From Octopus vulgaris (Eukaryota): a DNA stretch of 64,000 nucleotides. Positions 11,940-26,077 of this stretch are shown here, in pieces. Made by a program: the position numbers and the translations under genes. The stretch spans positions 29,326,001 to 29,390,000 of the forward strand of contig OX597833.1 of NCBI GenBank assembly GCA_951406725.2, given 5' to 3'. The notes under the pieces are model-generated. The model ran no database searches. It was not told the origin of the DNA and was given only the letters and a program-made list of their open reading frames with translations. The stretch's first letter is position 1; each line of letters opens with the position of its first letter.

Positions 11940-13219
11940 GAAGGGGAAGTCAAAAATTATCTGTACTTTTGCCATATATCTTTATTATTGTCACACTGCT
12001 TTCTGTACATGCATGTTTATAGTTGGTACTATTGTGGTCATATGATCGCACCCTAACCCATTTTTCTTTCTGGTCTTTCTGTGTAAGCATGGCCACTCCA
12101 CTAGCAATGTGAACCAAAGAAGATCAAAGAGCAGTGATCCAATTTCTCTGGTTGGAAGGTATGTCAGGTGCTGAAATTCATTGGAAGCTTTTAGCACAAT
12201 ATGGGGACAGTGCACTACCACATAGAAGTGTGTATGAGTAAATCGAGAAGTTTAAAAGTGGCTGGACAAGCATGATGCACAAAGAGGGAGAAGGACGTCT
12301 GTCAACCTTCACTACTGATGAGAAGATTCAGCAAACTTGAAAGATGTTAATGGTGAGCTGGTGAGTTATCATTGATGAGTTATCATCTGCAGATTAGTCA
12401 TGGTTCTGCCTATCAAATCAACTACAATGAGCTCAGATTCCATAAAGTGCAAGATGGATGCTAAGAAATCTTTCTGCAGAGCACAAGTGCAAACATCTTC
12501 AGGTCTGCCAACATTTATTTAATCACTAAAACGAGGGTAAGCAATTTTTGAGCAGAATAGTCACAGGAGATGAAACGTGGGTCCATCATTATGAGGCAGA
12601 ATCCAAAAAACAAAGTATGGTGTGAAAACATTCTGGCTTATGAGCAACAAAGAAATTCAAAACTCTGTCTTCCACAGGAAAAGTGATATGAACCCTTTTT
12701 TGGAATTCAAAAGGGCTTATACTCAAAGACTACCTGGAAAAGGGGTGTACAATCAACAGTACAAGACACACTGCTTTGCTTGCCAACAAACTGAATCCAG
12801 CAATTTGCACCAAATGCCAAAGCCTGTTGTTGAAGAGAGTTTTGTTGCTGCATGACAATGCACACACACACATGGCTGCCCAAACTGTTGAAATCATTAA
12901 CCAATTGGGTTTTGAGTTGTTGGAACACTCTGCCTACAGCCAAGATCAGGCTTCTTCCAACTATCATATCTTTGGACCGCTCAAAGATAGTTTATAAGGT
13001 CATCGATTTCCTATGGATGAAGATGTGAAGGAAGTGGTGCATAAATGGTTGCACAACCAACCGTAAACCTTCTTCTTGGAAGGGATATGCAAACTTGTGG
13101 ACCACTGGACCAAGTGCAGGAAGGAGACTATATAGAAAAATGACATACTTGTTTATCCCTTGCTTTTGTGTAAATACTTTGAAAAAACAAGAGTGTGTAT
13201 AATTTTTGACTCTCCCTCG
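11940..13219 (+). mobile_element. Full-length but degenerate mariner (DD34D) transposon
   Basis: TIRs gaaggggaagtcaaaaattat / ataatttttgactctccctcg with TA on both sides; IVTGDETWVHHYE, LLHDNAHTH, YSQDQASSNYHIFGPLK. Confidence 0.85.
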
Positions 13220-13772
13220 TAGTTTACATTGGTGTACACAAAAAGAGACATTCACTGAAATACATGTGTGCTTTCACGCAGTTTCCATTCACCAAATATC
13301 ACTTGCAAAGCAAGTTTTGTTGTTGCATGATATTTGCCTGTGATGCTGCAGTTGTAGTTTTAAACATAGACAACATGGTTGCAAAATGAACTTCTTAAAC
13401 CATATTTCTATGTTTATGAATATATGTGCAAAGCCTATGTCTTTCTTCTAGAAGGAATAACAATAAGAGAATGTGAGAAGGAAGCAGATGAAATATTGGC
13501 CCAGTAATGGGCTGGTACATTCTTTATTTACTCAACAAAAATGAGAGGATGAAATGTATTTGACTGTATCATCCAAGACAGCTATAGAAAAAGACACTTG
13601 CCCAAGATGCCATACAGTTAGTTTGAACTTAGGACTATATGATGGTGAAACATTCTTCTGAAACAACTGGCCATGCTGCATCTTACACATGTATGTGTGT
13701 ATGTATTTAAGTATATAATCATATATACATATGCATTGGAGAATTTTATTTTTGTGTAGTTATTTATTTGAA

Positions 13773-13838
<66 letters not shown>

Positions 13839-14020
13839 GTGAGTTAGGGTGCATTGGGGCTTCTTAAATGAATTTTCTTGAAAAGTTTCTGAATAAATAA
13901 TTGAATTTGTAAAATACCAAATATACTTATACTCTATGTGTATGTATACACACACACACACACATATATATATATTTGATAGCTAAACATAGATATATAT
14001 ACATATACGGATATATTTAT

Positions 14021-14087
<67 letters not shown>

Positions 14088-15384
14088 AATATATATATGA
14101 GAGGGAGGGGAAAGAGAGGAGAGAGAAGAATGTGAAAAGGAAAAATATGGGGAGAGAGAGAGGAGAGAGAAGGGGAGGGGAAAGAACCCATAGATGTGAA
14201 ATATTATCTGAGATTTTGAGAAGTAATTAGTGTAAATAGAAATCTGATGAAAATGAGGTTGGAGCAATATTGGGTGTTATGCACTGGAATATAATGTGTG
14301 GATGTATGTATGAATATAAGCACACACACACACACGCGCACACACACACACACACGCGCGCGCACACACACACGCACACACACACACACACACACACGCA
14401 CGCGCGTGCACACACACACACACACCCAGTTGCCACCAATATGACCTGTTCTACTTAAAGGAATGATCAAGCTGCTCTGGGTGTGTGTCATGTTATGTGT
14501 GTGTACAGCTGTGAATATGAGAATGTGTGTGTGTGTGTGTGTGAATATGTGTGTAAAAGTGATGGAATGTATGGGATAAAAATGAGGTGTGAGAGAGAGG
14601 GAGAAATAGGGAGGAGCTGTAAAATTGCTCAGTAACCCCATAACGCTGTACCTGCTTCTAATTAAGGTCACTTCTTTATGGACACTTTTGCTGCTGCTGC
14701 TACTACTACTACTACTTCTTCCTCTTTTCTCTGCCCAGCCCCCCCTTCTTTTTCCTCATCATCACCCCCATCCTCCTTTTCCTTCTCCTCATCATAATTC
14801 TCTTTCTCTCTCTTTTACTCCATCATAATCTTCATTTCCATTTATTTTTTCTACTCACTTTCTGTTTCCTCTTCCTCACCATTAACAGTCTTCACAGCTT
14901 TCTCTCTTTCCTTCTTTTCTTCCTATTTATTTACTTAGACATATCATCCTCCCGATACTCTGTAAGAAGTAAGTGATGGTTGGCCCAGTGTCCACACTAA
15001 CATCTAAAAGGTCCATAGTCCAGTGAGTGGGGATGGTAATGCTTGTTGTTTCAGCTCTACCAATGATATATCACCACTAGTATTGTCCTGTGGTTGTAGC
15101 AAATACGTTTAAGTGACAATGGCTCAGCCTATGCAGCTGTAAATAAGTATAGTGAGTGTGTAAAGGTTAAGTTAGTTGGGTACCACAGTAGAAAAGGATA
15201 GATTATTGTTGTCAACAGTGAGTAAAACTAATGAGTGTTACACTAGCTTGCAACCAATGTTTAGTTAAAAATCTTTTCATGACCAGCATTACTTTGAGAA
15301 ACATAACCAGTTTAATAAGTCCTTTACAGATTTGCAGCTAGAAACTGGACAAAGAAGGGGTTAGTGATAGAAAGGGGATTGAAA

Positions 15385-15617
15385 GAGTCAGTAAGGAGGA
15401 GTCAATGTAAAAGTCAATCTGGGAGATAATGTGAGAGTCTGCATTGGAGTCAATGTGAGATCAAATAAGGGATTCAATGAGGGTAAAACAATCAATAAGG
15501 GAGTCAATTTAGGAGGCAATGTAGAAATCTGTGTATGAGTCAACAAGAGTAAGGTAGTCAATGAGGGAGTCAATATGAAAATCATTGTGAGAGTTAGTGC
15601 AGAAGTCAATGAGGGAA
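15385..15617. repeat. Degenerate ~12-bp minisatellite (GAGTCAATGAGG-like)
   Basis: Recurrent gagtcaat/agtcaa units. Confidence 0.65.
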
Positions 15618-15641
15618 CAGTTGTATCCTGGCCTCAATCTC

Positions 15642-15855
15642 TAACCCTTTAGTATTTAAACCAGCCTTATCCAGCCTAAATATTCAACATGTTTTACGTC
15701 TCAACTGGCCAGATCTCACTTCTCACACACAATGTCATTCTAATATTAAACTATCAAATCATTGAAATTTCAAAGCCACAGGATAATACATAATTAATTC
15801 AAAATAATGTGAATAAATATTACATTTGACTGACAAATCTGTGTTAAAAAGCTAA
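15642..15855. mobile_element. piggyBac-like MITE (degenerate)
   Basis: Starts taaccctttag; homologous to 22554-22782. Confidence 0.55.
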
Positions 15856-16284
15856 ATATGAAGGTATATCCTAATTGGGTAACTCTGAGAGTTGATTTAA
15901 AGTAACAGGTATGATCATTAGATGAAAAAATAAGAAAAGGAAGAGAAGGGAGATGAAGAAAAGTGAGAAGAGGAGATTAAAATAAGAGGCAGCAGAATGG
16001 AAAGATGAAAAGATGGGGGTCAGAAGAAAGAGCCATCTTAATCATCATCATCATCATCATCACCATCATTAGCTGATGATGATGAAAGGATAGCTGGATG
16101 GGTAAATGGAGAAAAGAAGTCATTTCACTGTGGTAATGAATGGATAGGTGAAGTGAGTTTGGTTCTTCTTTTGGAGATGTATTTATTGCCAGGTGAAGAG
16201 CAAACACTAACATATAACAACATATATTGGTGAAGTTATAGACTAGTTTTTATGTGTGTGTGTGTGTGTGTTTGAATATATTTG

Positions 16285-16852
16285 TACAAGTGCTAATAAA
16301 AATATATCAGGACTGTTGCTATTTTAATGGAGCTAAAGTATGCAGAGGGAAGCTGCTCGGCACAGACTAACCTTGAACTCTGTCATGCATGAACACTAAG
16401 TTATAATGTTCTTGCTCATTTCCATTGTTTATAACAATGCTTGGAAGTCAAGTATGTTTAGTGTGGTCGTCTTGAAAAGAAGATCAGGTTTCAACTGCAT
16501 GGGATTTTCTTGACTGTGCTGAAGAGGAGGCAAAGTTTTTGGAAACAGTCATAATAGGAAATGAATTGAGGGTCTATGGCTATGACCCCAAAATCAAGGT
16601 TCAGTTTTTGCTGTGAAAAGCCCCACTAACATGATTTCAAAATGTCAAGGAAATCCAAGAGAATGTGACAAGGCAGCTGCTAGCTGTCCCCCAAAAGGAG
16701 TTCCAGGAATATTTTCATCAATGAAAATGATGCTGGATAAAGTGTGTGGCTTCAGAAGAGGATTCTTTGAAATAGATTAAATGCCGAATTGATCCGTGTT
16801 GAAGTTTCCTTTTTGTTACACCAGTCCTGATACTTTTTCATCAGATCTCATA
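16285..16852 (+). mobile_element. Internally deleted mariner remnant
   Basis: TIR core aaaaatatatcaggactg / cagtcctgatacttttt; GNELRVYGYDPK (degenerate DETWVY.YDP). Confidence 0.65.
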
Positions 16853-17000
16853 TGTGTGTGTATGCCAGATGTGCATGGGTGTTCAGATATGTGTGTACAT
16901 TTGTGCGCGTGTGTGTGTGTGTACATTTACACATTTGAACGACCATTTATGTGTGTATGTCTGTGTGTCTGTTTGCAGATGTTCCCTGTATGCATACAGA

Positions 17001-17031
<31 letters not shown>

Positions 17032-17638
17032 GTGTACAGATATTCAAACTGAAGCTGGTATGATGATATTACTGCATATGTTGTTATTGGAAGTTGATAT
17101 TGTTTTTTCAGATGGGAAGCTCTTGTCAGTTTCATCCAGTTTCATTCCTGTTTTGGCCTGACACATAGGATGTTCCTACTTAACACTAGGCTGGTCCCCA
17201 TTCAGTATACCCAAGATCAAAAGTCTATTAACCATGACCACCCTTTCTTTATTTTGATTTTAGGGAGACTTAGCTCTTATTTCTAAAGGGGATCTGGGAT
17301 GTAGTTTGAATTTTTCAAACTTTTGACACCAAACATGTCTAAGAGACTGTCTGTCATTTGGTTCCTGTTATACAAAACTGTTTTATATTTCTTTTAAATC
17401 TGGTTCATCAATAATTTAAATGCAAGAATCTTTTAACAGAATCTTAATTCTCAGTGTTTGATCTCCTTTCCTGGCAATATATCATTATTACTCATAAATG
17501 ATATCCACAGTACAATGTCCAATTTGCTGTTATTAGACGTCTCTGAATGAGTCTTGGAACAGCTCATGTAAAGCAGCAGCAGTAGCAGTAGCAACAGCAA
17601 CAACAACAAGTTCCACATACATACATACATACATACAT

Positions 17639-18109
17639 ACAGGGCTATTCAAAAAGAACGAACCGATTTCATTACACAATATTTTAATAAGAAAAAGCAA
17701 TAGAAAACTCCAGCTAAGTCACAAGTATTTACTCACAATCAACTTTTATTTCCTGTCTTATAAGTGTTCAATACGGCCACCACCTGCAGCATGGGTAACA
17801 TCAATGCGATAAGAGAATTCCTCCCAGACGCGTATCAGCATATCACAATCCACTGAGTTGATCACTGTTGTTATTCAATGTTTAAGCTCATCAAGGTTAG
17901 TGGATTGCAGTGGAACATAAATGCAATCCACTAACCTTGATGAGCTTAAACATTGAATAACAACAGTGATCAACTCAGTGGATTGTGATATGCTGATATG
18001 CGTCTGGGAGGAATTCTCTTATCACATTGATATTACCCGTGCTGCAGGGAGTGGCCACATTAAATACTTGTAAGATATGAAATAAAAGTTGATTGTGAGT
18101 AAATACTTG
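17639..18109. mobile_element. Tc1-derived fold-back made of two transposase 3' ends
   Basis: ~188-bp arms 17722-17909 / 17922-18109 carrying NLDELKH.ITTVINSVDCDMLI.VWEEFSY; TIR-like tacagggctattcaaaaaga at the left end. Confidence 0.75.
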
Positions 18110-20505
18110 GTCACCTAGGTAGCAGAGGCTATCAACTACTTCTAGTTTGTCTCCCTGGAACGTGGTAGAAGTTGGTCTCTGCACATTTCCAGTGTTTATT
18201 GCTCCTGAGCATCTGCCACAGACAAAAACTATTTTCCTAGTTAGCCTTCCTTTGACATTGCTGCACCTCTTATGTGTCCATAGCTTACACTTGGTGCACC
18301 TTATAGAGTTTCTACCTACACCTTTTTTTACAGATCGAGCGGGGCCATCTACCTGAAGTCGTTTGTGATTGGTCTACCTTCCTAATTATTAGGACTTTGG
18401 TTTTGACTAGGTTGATTCTAAGGCCCTTCGATTCTAATCCTTGTTTCCACACCTGAAACTTCTCCTCCAGTTCTGATAGTGACTCAGCAATTAGAGCACG
18501 GTCATCAGCATAGAAGAGCTCCCAGGGGCATCCTGTCTTGAATTCCTCTGTTATTGCCTGGAGGACTATGATAAATAGGAGGGGACTGAGGACTGAACCT
18601 TGGTGGACCCCCAACCTCTACCCGGAATTCTTCACTGTACTCGTTGCCAACCCTCACCTTACTAGCAGCGTCTCTGTACATGGCTCGCACAGCTCTCACT
18701 AACCATTCATCTATCCCTAGTTTCCTCATTGACCACCAGATAAGGGATCGGGGGACCCTGTCAAAGGCTTTCTCCATGTCAACAAAAGCCAGGTTCAGGG
18801 GCTTATCTTTGGCTATGTATTTCTCCTGCAGCTGTCTTACCAGGAAAATAGCATCAGTAGTACTTTTCCCTGGCACGAACCCAAATTGCATCTTATCTAA
18901 GCTAACTCTCTCTCTAATTAATTGGGCTATAACCCTCTCCGTAACCTTCATTATCTGATCCAGCAGCTTGATACCCCTGTAGTTATTTGTATCTAGGGCG
19001 TCACCTTTACCTTTGTAGCAGTTGACTATTATGCTGCTACACCAGTCATTGGGTATGACTCCTTCGTGTATCACCTGGTTAACTATACGGGTGACTAGGC
19101 TATAGCCGACACTACCAGATATTTTGAGCATCTCTGCAGTAATTCCTGATGGGCCTGGGGCTTTCCCTGTTTTCATGCTTGTAATTGCCTTAACTACTAA
19201 GGAACTGTTAACTCGGATTGCTGGTCCCTCTGTTGGGTCGACATTCAGCAGACTCTCTTTATCCCATTTATTTTCTTCATTCAGCAACCTTTCATAGTGG
19301 CGTCTCCAAGCCTCTCTCTTTGCATCCTCATTTAGCGCAAGTGAACCGTCATCCTTGCAAACACATTTCTCTCCTACCACGTCACGATTCTCTCTCACAC
19401 ACTGTCTTGCAACATGAAATACCTCAAGTCTTTCATCTTCACAGCGCAGAACATTGGCAAATTTTTTCTTATCTGCTTCCCCTCTGGCTAGATAGACCTG
19501 TCTCCTAGGTTACCTTCTGGCAGTCTGATACACTTCCCTGCTATCACCGTTCTTCCAGTCCTTCCAAGCCTGTTTCTTTTGTCTAATAGCCCTATCAACA
19601 ATATTGTTCCACCACCACGTTATTTTGGGTCTTAAGGGGACTTTGCACCAGCCACAGATCTGGTCAGTGGCTTTCAGCAGGTTGTCCCTCAGAAGCGTCC
19701 AGTTGTCTTCTACCCCATGTGTAGCTATACCCCCTTCCATTTCGTCAAAGGCTTCAAGTAACATGTCTCTAAATCTCTGTCCATTCACAGGGTCTTTAAG
19801 CTTCCAGACCTTTCTTCTCCATGTTGGTCGTCTTCTAGTCGTCCTCTTAGTCCTGATCCTAAAGTCACTAACTACCAGTCTATGTTGTGGGGTGCATTCT
19901 TCGCCTGGGAAGGTTTTGGCATTTATAAGCAGCCATCTTTCCCTTTTTCTGGCAAGGATGTAGTCGATTTGGCTAGTATGCCGGCCTGATCAGTAGGTGA
20001 CCAGGTGGCTTGTCGGTTTCCTGAAGTTAGTGTTGCAAACCATAAGACTATTCGCATCGCAGAACTCCAGCAGCCTGGTTCCCTCCTCGTTGCGGGAACC
20101 ATAACCGTAGCCTCCATGTACGCCATGGAAGACCCCAGCATGTCGTCCAATATGCCCATTGAAGTCACCAGCCACAAAGAGAAGGTCCCTGTCGTTCGTC
20201 AATGAGGTGGTCTGCAGTAGGGTGTCATAGAAACTGTCTTTCTGTCCATCGGGTAGCCCTGGCTGAGGGGCATAGGCCGATATAATGGTTGCTAATCAAT
20301 GATGAAGCACTATTCTAATCTTAAGTATTCTGTCACATACTCTGATTACCTCAATTACTTTATCTACCCATTTCTCAGCGATAAGTATACCCACGCCACC
20401 AACCCCGTCAGTATTCCCTGCCCAGAAAATCTTGTACCTGTGTTCCTTGCCTGTGAGGAACCTAGCAGATCCTCCTCTCCACCTTATTTCTTGCATGCAA
20501 CATAT
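18110..20505 (-). mobile_element. RTE-clade LINE, APE and RT, truncated and frameshifted
   Basis: QEIRWRG, VAGDFNGH, NYRGIKLL, FVDMEKAFDRVP, GVHQGSVLSPLLF, YADD. Confidence 0.9.
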
Positions 20506-20980
20506 TCCTCGTTAGATGGGACACTGGTATGTTGCAGGATTACTATTGCCAGCTGAGTGGACTGGAGTAACCAAGAACACAACATAGTACCCAGTCACTG
20601 AATCAAAACCACAATCTTATGATCAGAAGTGTAACACTCTGACCACTAAGCCATGCACTTCTACTCACACACACACACACACACACATACAGGTTTGTTT
20701 ACATGGAGGTGTATGCATGTATGCATGTAAGTGTGTTTGTGTGTACCGTTGTCTTGATGTCATGGTTGTAAAAGAACCTCACCATCATACTAACAATGTT
20801 GTTCGTTTCTAGTCTTCAATGAAAAATATGTCTGGCCATAGGGAAATGTTACTTTGCTCGGAAACAGCTGAGAGTTGGTGACAGGAAGGTCTGCCTCAAC
20901 AAATTCTATTTGGTACATGCAACCATGGAAAAGTGGATGTTAAATGATGATATATATACAAATATACAAATATATATATT

Positions 20981-21842
20981 TATGAGGTGTAGTTAAAATG
21001 TATCTGACCTTGACTTTTTTGCACAAAATAATAATGCAGGAGCAAAATCTGCATGTCTTTCTTGAGCATGCGCAAAAATTTTTGTGTCTGTAGGTTGCAC
21101 CATTCGTCCACAGTGATGCTTTGAGTACAGATGTGAAGAGTGTGCTGTGTGATTTTTCTTTTTGAGTCAATGTGATCGAGTGCATTGAGCAAAGCTACTG
21201 TATCAAATTCTGCCTAAAACTTGGTGATATGCAAGCCCTGATTATCGAGAAGATTCAGAAGGCCTTTGGAGATGATGTTATCGGAAAAACACAAATAAAG
21301 GAGTGGTACAACTAGTTCAAAGATGGCTGCACCTCAGTGGACAGTGAGCCATGTTGTGTCCAGACAGTTAACAAAGAATACTACCTGGGGGTCCTTCGTC
21401 ACCTTCATGAAGCTGTGGCAAAAATGACCTGACTTGTGGGAAACAAAGAACTGGAAGCTCTACCATGACAATGTACCTGCTCATTCCGCCCATGTTGTCC
21501 AAGCATTCCTCGTCAAACAAAACATACCACTTGTTTGTCAGGCTTCCTACTCCTCAGACTTGGCTTCGTGTGACTTTTAGCTATTCCTAAATCTCAAAAA
21601 ACACTCAAAGGGAGAAGATTTGAGTTAACAGGGGACATTAAGCAAAAGTCAATGGTACAGCTCTACAGCATTCCAAACAGTGACTTCCAGAAATATTTCC
21701 AGCAGTGGCAGGAAAACTAGCAGTTTACTAGTGTAAATTCCCAAGGTGAATACTTTGAAGGAGACTAAATCAAAATGGTGAGTTTTTTTAATATTATTTG
21801 TTTTTTGGCCAAAGGTTGGATACTTTTTGACTATACTTTGTA
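20981..21842 (+). mobile_element. Internally deleted mariner
   Basis: TIR tatgaggtgtagttaaaatgtatctgacctt / aaggttggatactttttgactatactttgta; HDNVPAH and YSSDLASCDF motifs. Confidence 0.8.
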
Positions 21843-21846
21843 TATG

Positions 21847-21904
<58 letters not shown>

Positions 21905-22553
21905 CACACACACACACATGCACACAAATGTAAGTACAAGAACAGGGAGAGAGGAAATGACAGCTGACATTATTGATAGACAAAGAGTGAGGTGGAGAAA
22001 GAGACAGTAATACCCAGAGAGAAGGAGTTACAAGTGACTTAATTCAATTTCTTAGTCCATAAATACTTGTGTATGTCCATGTGAATATTTAGTGCAACTT
22101 GGATTATGTATAATGATAATCATCACAGCCAATATAATTAAAAATACTAAAGTTTTACATCAGAATATTATTTTCCCTTCTGGTTTTAATAAATTTTTCC
22201 ATTTAAAGTGATTGACCTGTGAACCTACAAACATTGCTGACTAATTGCTATTACAGATTATTTAATTAAAAATATACGCATATCAAGGAATATAAACCAT
22301 CTGAATGGATAATTAAACTTTTCTACATTTCTTATTGTAATTTTTTGTGACAAGAGAATTTGTCAGCAGACATTGTTCAATGTCTGCTGACACTTATTAA
22401 CCCACTCATAAAAGTTAATGACCAGCATGTCTCCGCACCAAATGTACTTTGTGACACTGTTTTATTTTTCATCTTGTAGTTTTTTAGATCCAGGTCAATC
22501 CTGATCCATCAAATCTAGGATTGTACTCCACTTGCAGCAGTTATTCTGACTGT

Positions 22554-22782
22554 TTAATACTTTAGCATTTAAACTGGCCACATTTGCCCCAAATATTCTA
22601 CTTGTTTTATGTTCAAACTGGCCATATCTGACCTCTCACATCTATCCTACCATGTCATTCTAAAAATAAATAATCACATCATTGAAATCTCAAAGCTATG
22701 AGATAATGCATGATTAATTCAAACCAATGTGAGTAAATAAGCATTATATTTAAACAAAGTAATCTGGATGCTAAAGGGTTAA
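22554..22782. mobile_element. piggyBac-like MITE
   Basis: ttaa..ctttagcat ... atgctaaaggg ttaa (TTAA flanks, CCCT-type terminus). Confidence 0.6.
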
Positions 22783-23356
22783 CCCTAGGTCTAGTCCCCT
22801 ACAAATAAACCTATAATCAAATATGCTCCAATTGTGCCATTCCATCTTTTCTTATTACATCAAAGATTTCACTATGGAATACTCCACTCACACTCTAGGT
22901 GTGATTGGAGGGAGATTTGATTGCTATTTTTATCACTCAGTCAAGTGACAATGTAAAGGTTCACTTGCTGACTTGGCTACATTTCATTTGCTTATAGTAA
23001 GCTGTTCTTAAAACCCATACTAGTTAATTCAAACAATTAAGGATTGAGAGATTAGGGTCCTATACTTCTGTCAACTACATAAAGTGTCAAAAAATGTTAC
23101 CAATAGAAAATGTAGCTGTTACTGCAGCTGTTTAGCTACAGGTCAGACTTGATCAGGCAGGCTTGTCATAAAAGGAATTCCACTCATTGATCATCCATCT
23201 GTTATTAAGGAACAATATCTCAAGCATTAAATTATTCAATGTATCCTTTCTTTTGTAAGATGGTAATGTGGGATTTGTATGGGATTTAGATCTATTTCAA
23301 AGCAGGTACAGTAATCACATAGAGAGGTTCTTTTATAAGCTTACATGCACGCACAC

Positions 23357-23390
<34 letters not shown>

Positions 23391-23391
<1 letters not shown>

Positions 23392-24212
23392 GTTTGACAG
23401 TTTGCATAAAAGGAAAAGAAAACAATATTTCATCCAAAAATAAAAGTATTTTAAAATATCAAAAAATATCAACATCATATATTATGGCTGGGAGATAACA
23501 GTTTACTCAAAATAGCCACCCTCAGCTTCCACCACAGCCTCAAGACAGCTCCAGAACCTGGTGCATGCATTTCTCATTGTGTCCATTGGAAGATCTTCGA
23601 ATACCTTCTTGATTTTGGCCACCAGTGCCACCATGGTGTTGTGGGCCGAGCAGTTGGTGTCTATTTCAACTGTGCCACACATGGTAATCCATGAGATTAG
23701 AGTCAGGGGAATTAGGAGGCCAGAAACTGGTGCTGGGTGAGTTGCAGAAATTCTCCAAAAACCACTTCTGATACTTTCTGAAAGTATTGCAAGGAGCCAA
23801 ATCCTGCTGCCATATATATGGCGGCAACCGTCTCCAGCTAGGGTCTGACCACAGTCTCTGCATCTTTACATAATTGCCTGAATTGAGCTTAAGAGTCTGT
23901 CCAAAGATGTGCAGATGCAGCTAGACTGCCTGCAAGCCATGGCTTCATAATCTCCATTGCAGCTATCCATGTCACCTCTTACAACCTTTACAGTGTTTGC
24001 AAAGCACTGAGCAGCCATGATGTCAGCATTTTGATACGCAGTATGAATCCTCATGATACAAGTAAATCTTTCCCAATATTCAGATGGCTTCCAGTCCTCC
24101 ATGTCAGTTAATGTTTTCTCAACTACAACTTTAATCATTATGATCTATTCAGCAATCTATCAAGCTGTTCCTGAAAACGAAGAGAGACATATTTAACCCA
24201 AACATCTTGTAT
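23391..24212 (-). mobile_element. Degenerate Tc1/IS630-type remnant
   Basis: YIWQQDLAPCNT...FWPPNSPDSNLMDYHVW; homologous to 4587-5433. Confidence 0.75.
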
Positions 24213-24419
24213 ATATACATACATAAATACACACACACACATAATGTATGTACACACACACACACATATGTATGTACACACACACAGGCACATATACATA
24301 TGCATGTACAGAGAGACACACACACACACCACTGTAAACTGTCATTTTAAAATTGCCTAATCAGCTTTAAATAATTATTTGCTGAGCGGACCTTGAACCT
24401 AACAATGGACTGGGATGTT

Positions 24420-25010
24420 TGGTGATATGTGGTTCTTGAGAAGACTCACCCAACTCAACGAAAGTAAGTTCTGAATGTGCTGTGTATGTGTACTAAGTGC
24501 AAAACTAGGTTTTGCCTAATTTTCTCCACCATTCATCTCAACGATTACAAAGGTGATTTTCTGAGCAAGACTTCTCCAAGTTCCTCTCCACCTGGTAGTC
24601 TTGACCAAACTGGACACCAAGAAACTTAACAGGATCATCTCTCCAACACCCCACCACACTTTTCGAGGATGTAGACTTACCTCTCCAGGTGCTGGGCTTG
24701 AGCCCACCATCTTGTCCTGCTTAACTTTTGCTCCTGTCAAAGACTCATATTTCTTTAGAATGGTACCAACCACCTTGATTTCCATTTAGTTTGACACCAT
24801 TACTATGACTTCTGCATATGCCAATACACCCAAGTTCACAATGCCCCTCAATAACTCCAATTTCCATAATAGTGGTTCAAGAATCAGTATATAGAAGAGA
24901 TGACAGAAGACACTTTTGATGAATGCCTGTTCTGATAGGTGGCCATTTGCTCTCACCACCAAGCCGATGCCACTGTGCAGTGAAGTGATTTAGCCTCTGA
25001 AGATGAGACT
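24420..25010 (-). mobile_element. Degenerate L1/Tx1 RT fragment
   Basis: VVGTILKKYESLTGAKVKQDKMVG matches VVGALHRYEAVAGAKVNRDKSIG of the LINE at 32.9-35.3 kb. Confidence 0.7.
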
Positions 25011-25184
25011 GACTACCCAAGAACACTTCCAGATGCCAGAAGAAATCCAACTACTTTTCCCCTATTGGAGCATAGAAGGTCAATAGTCTGAGAGCATCAA
25101 CTTTGTTGCTGCTCACATCTATCTAGGATCATCAACTTACCATCTGGATCCGGGGTAGTTTGGGGGTTGGTGATAATCTTGATA

Positions 25185-25600
25185 TCTTTTACTTGTTTCA
25201 GTCGTTAGATTGCAATCATGCTGGGGCACTGCCTCAAAGAATTTTTAGTCATATGAATCAACTCCTGCACTTATTTTTTGCTAAGCCTGGTACTTATTCT
25301 ATTAGTTACTTTTGCCAAGCTGCTAAGTTACATGGATGTAAACACACGAACATCAGTTGTCAAGTGGTGGTGAGGGACAAACATAGATATGAAGACATAC
25401 ACACATACATGCATCCCCCCACCACATGTATATACATATATTTACCAAGGTCATCTTTCAGTTTCTATCCACCAAATCCACTTACATGGTTATGGTCAGC
25501 CCAAGGCTATAGTAGAAAACACTTGCTCAAGGTGCCACATAGTGGGACTGAACCCAGAACCATGTGGTTAAGAAGCAAGTGTCTTACCATGCAGCTTGCA
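25185..25600 (-). mobile_element. tRNA-derived SINE (family B)
   Basis: Colinear with 30226-30622; B-box-like ggttcagtccc. Confidence 0.7.
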
Positions 25601-26077
25601 CCTAGGTCTAAATCTTTCCAAAGCAACACTGTTGCTAATCCTTCTGATCCAGACTAGCTAAAAGATGGATGCTAGTGTGTGAGAATCAGAAATCTTAGTT
25701 TTGCTGTCTGCTACCACACCTGTGACTTGAGATCAAGATAACATTAAGTCATGTACATGTATGCCACCTATTCTGAATAAAGCTCTGTTGGCTGGAAAGG
25801 TGAAAGTTAGAAAGTTTACTTATCCAATTCCTGTGGAGGACAGGTGATCAAACTTTCCAGTTAGATGTAGGTGTTCCCTCAAGCAACACTTTGTAGAGTC
25901 TTTCATTCACTCTTCCTCTTAAAACTGCTATGTCTTTGGAGAATTGTTTTGAGACTGCTAGAGATCTCTTGAGTAGTTTCTGTGAAGTGTTTATGGGGTG
26001 GTATATTGCACCATTGTGTTATGATGGACTTCTGTGTCTATTGATGGTACTGTTGTGGTTTAAATAGCAACAACAAG

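Noticed and set aside
15388-15609. T/L-rich 73-aa ORF
   Set aside because: By-product of a degenerate 12-bp minisatellite
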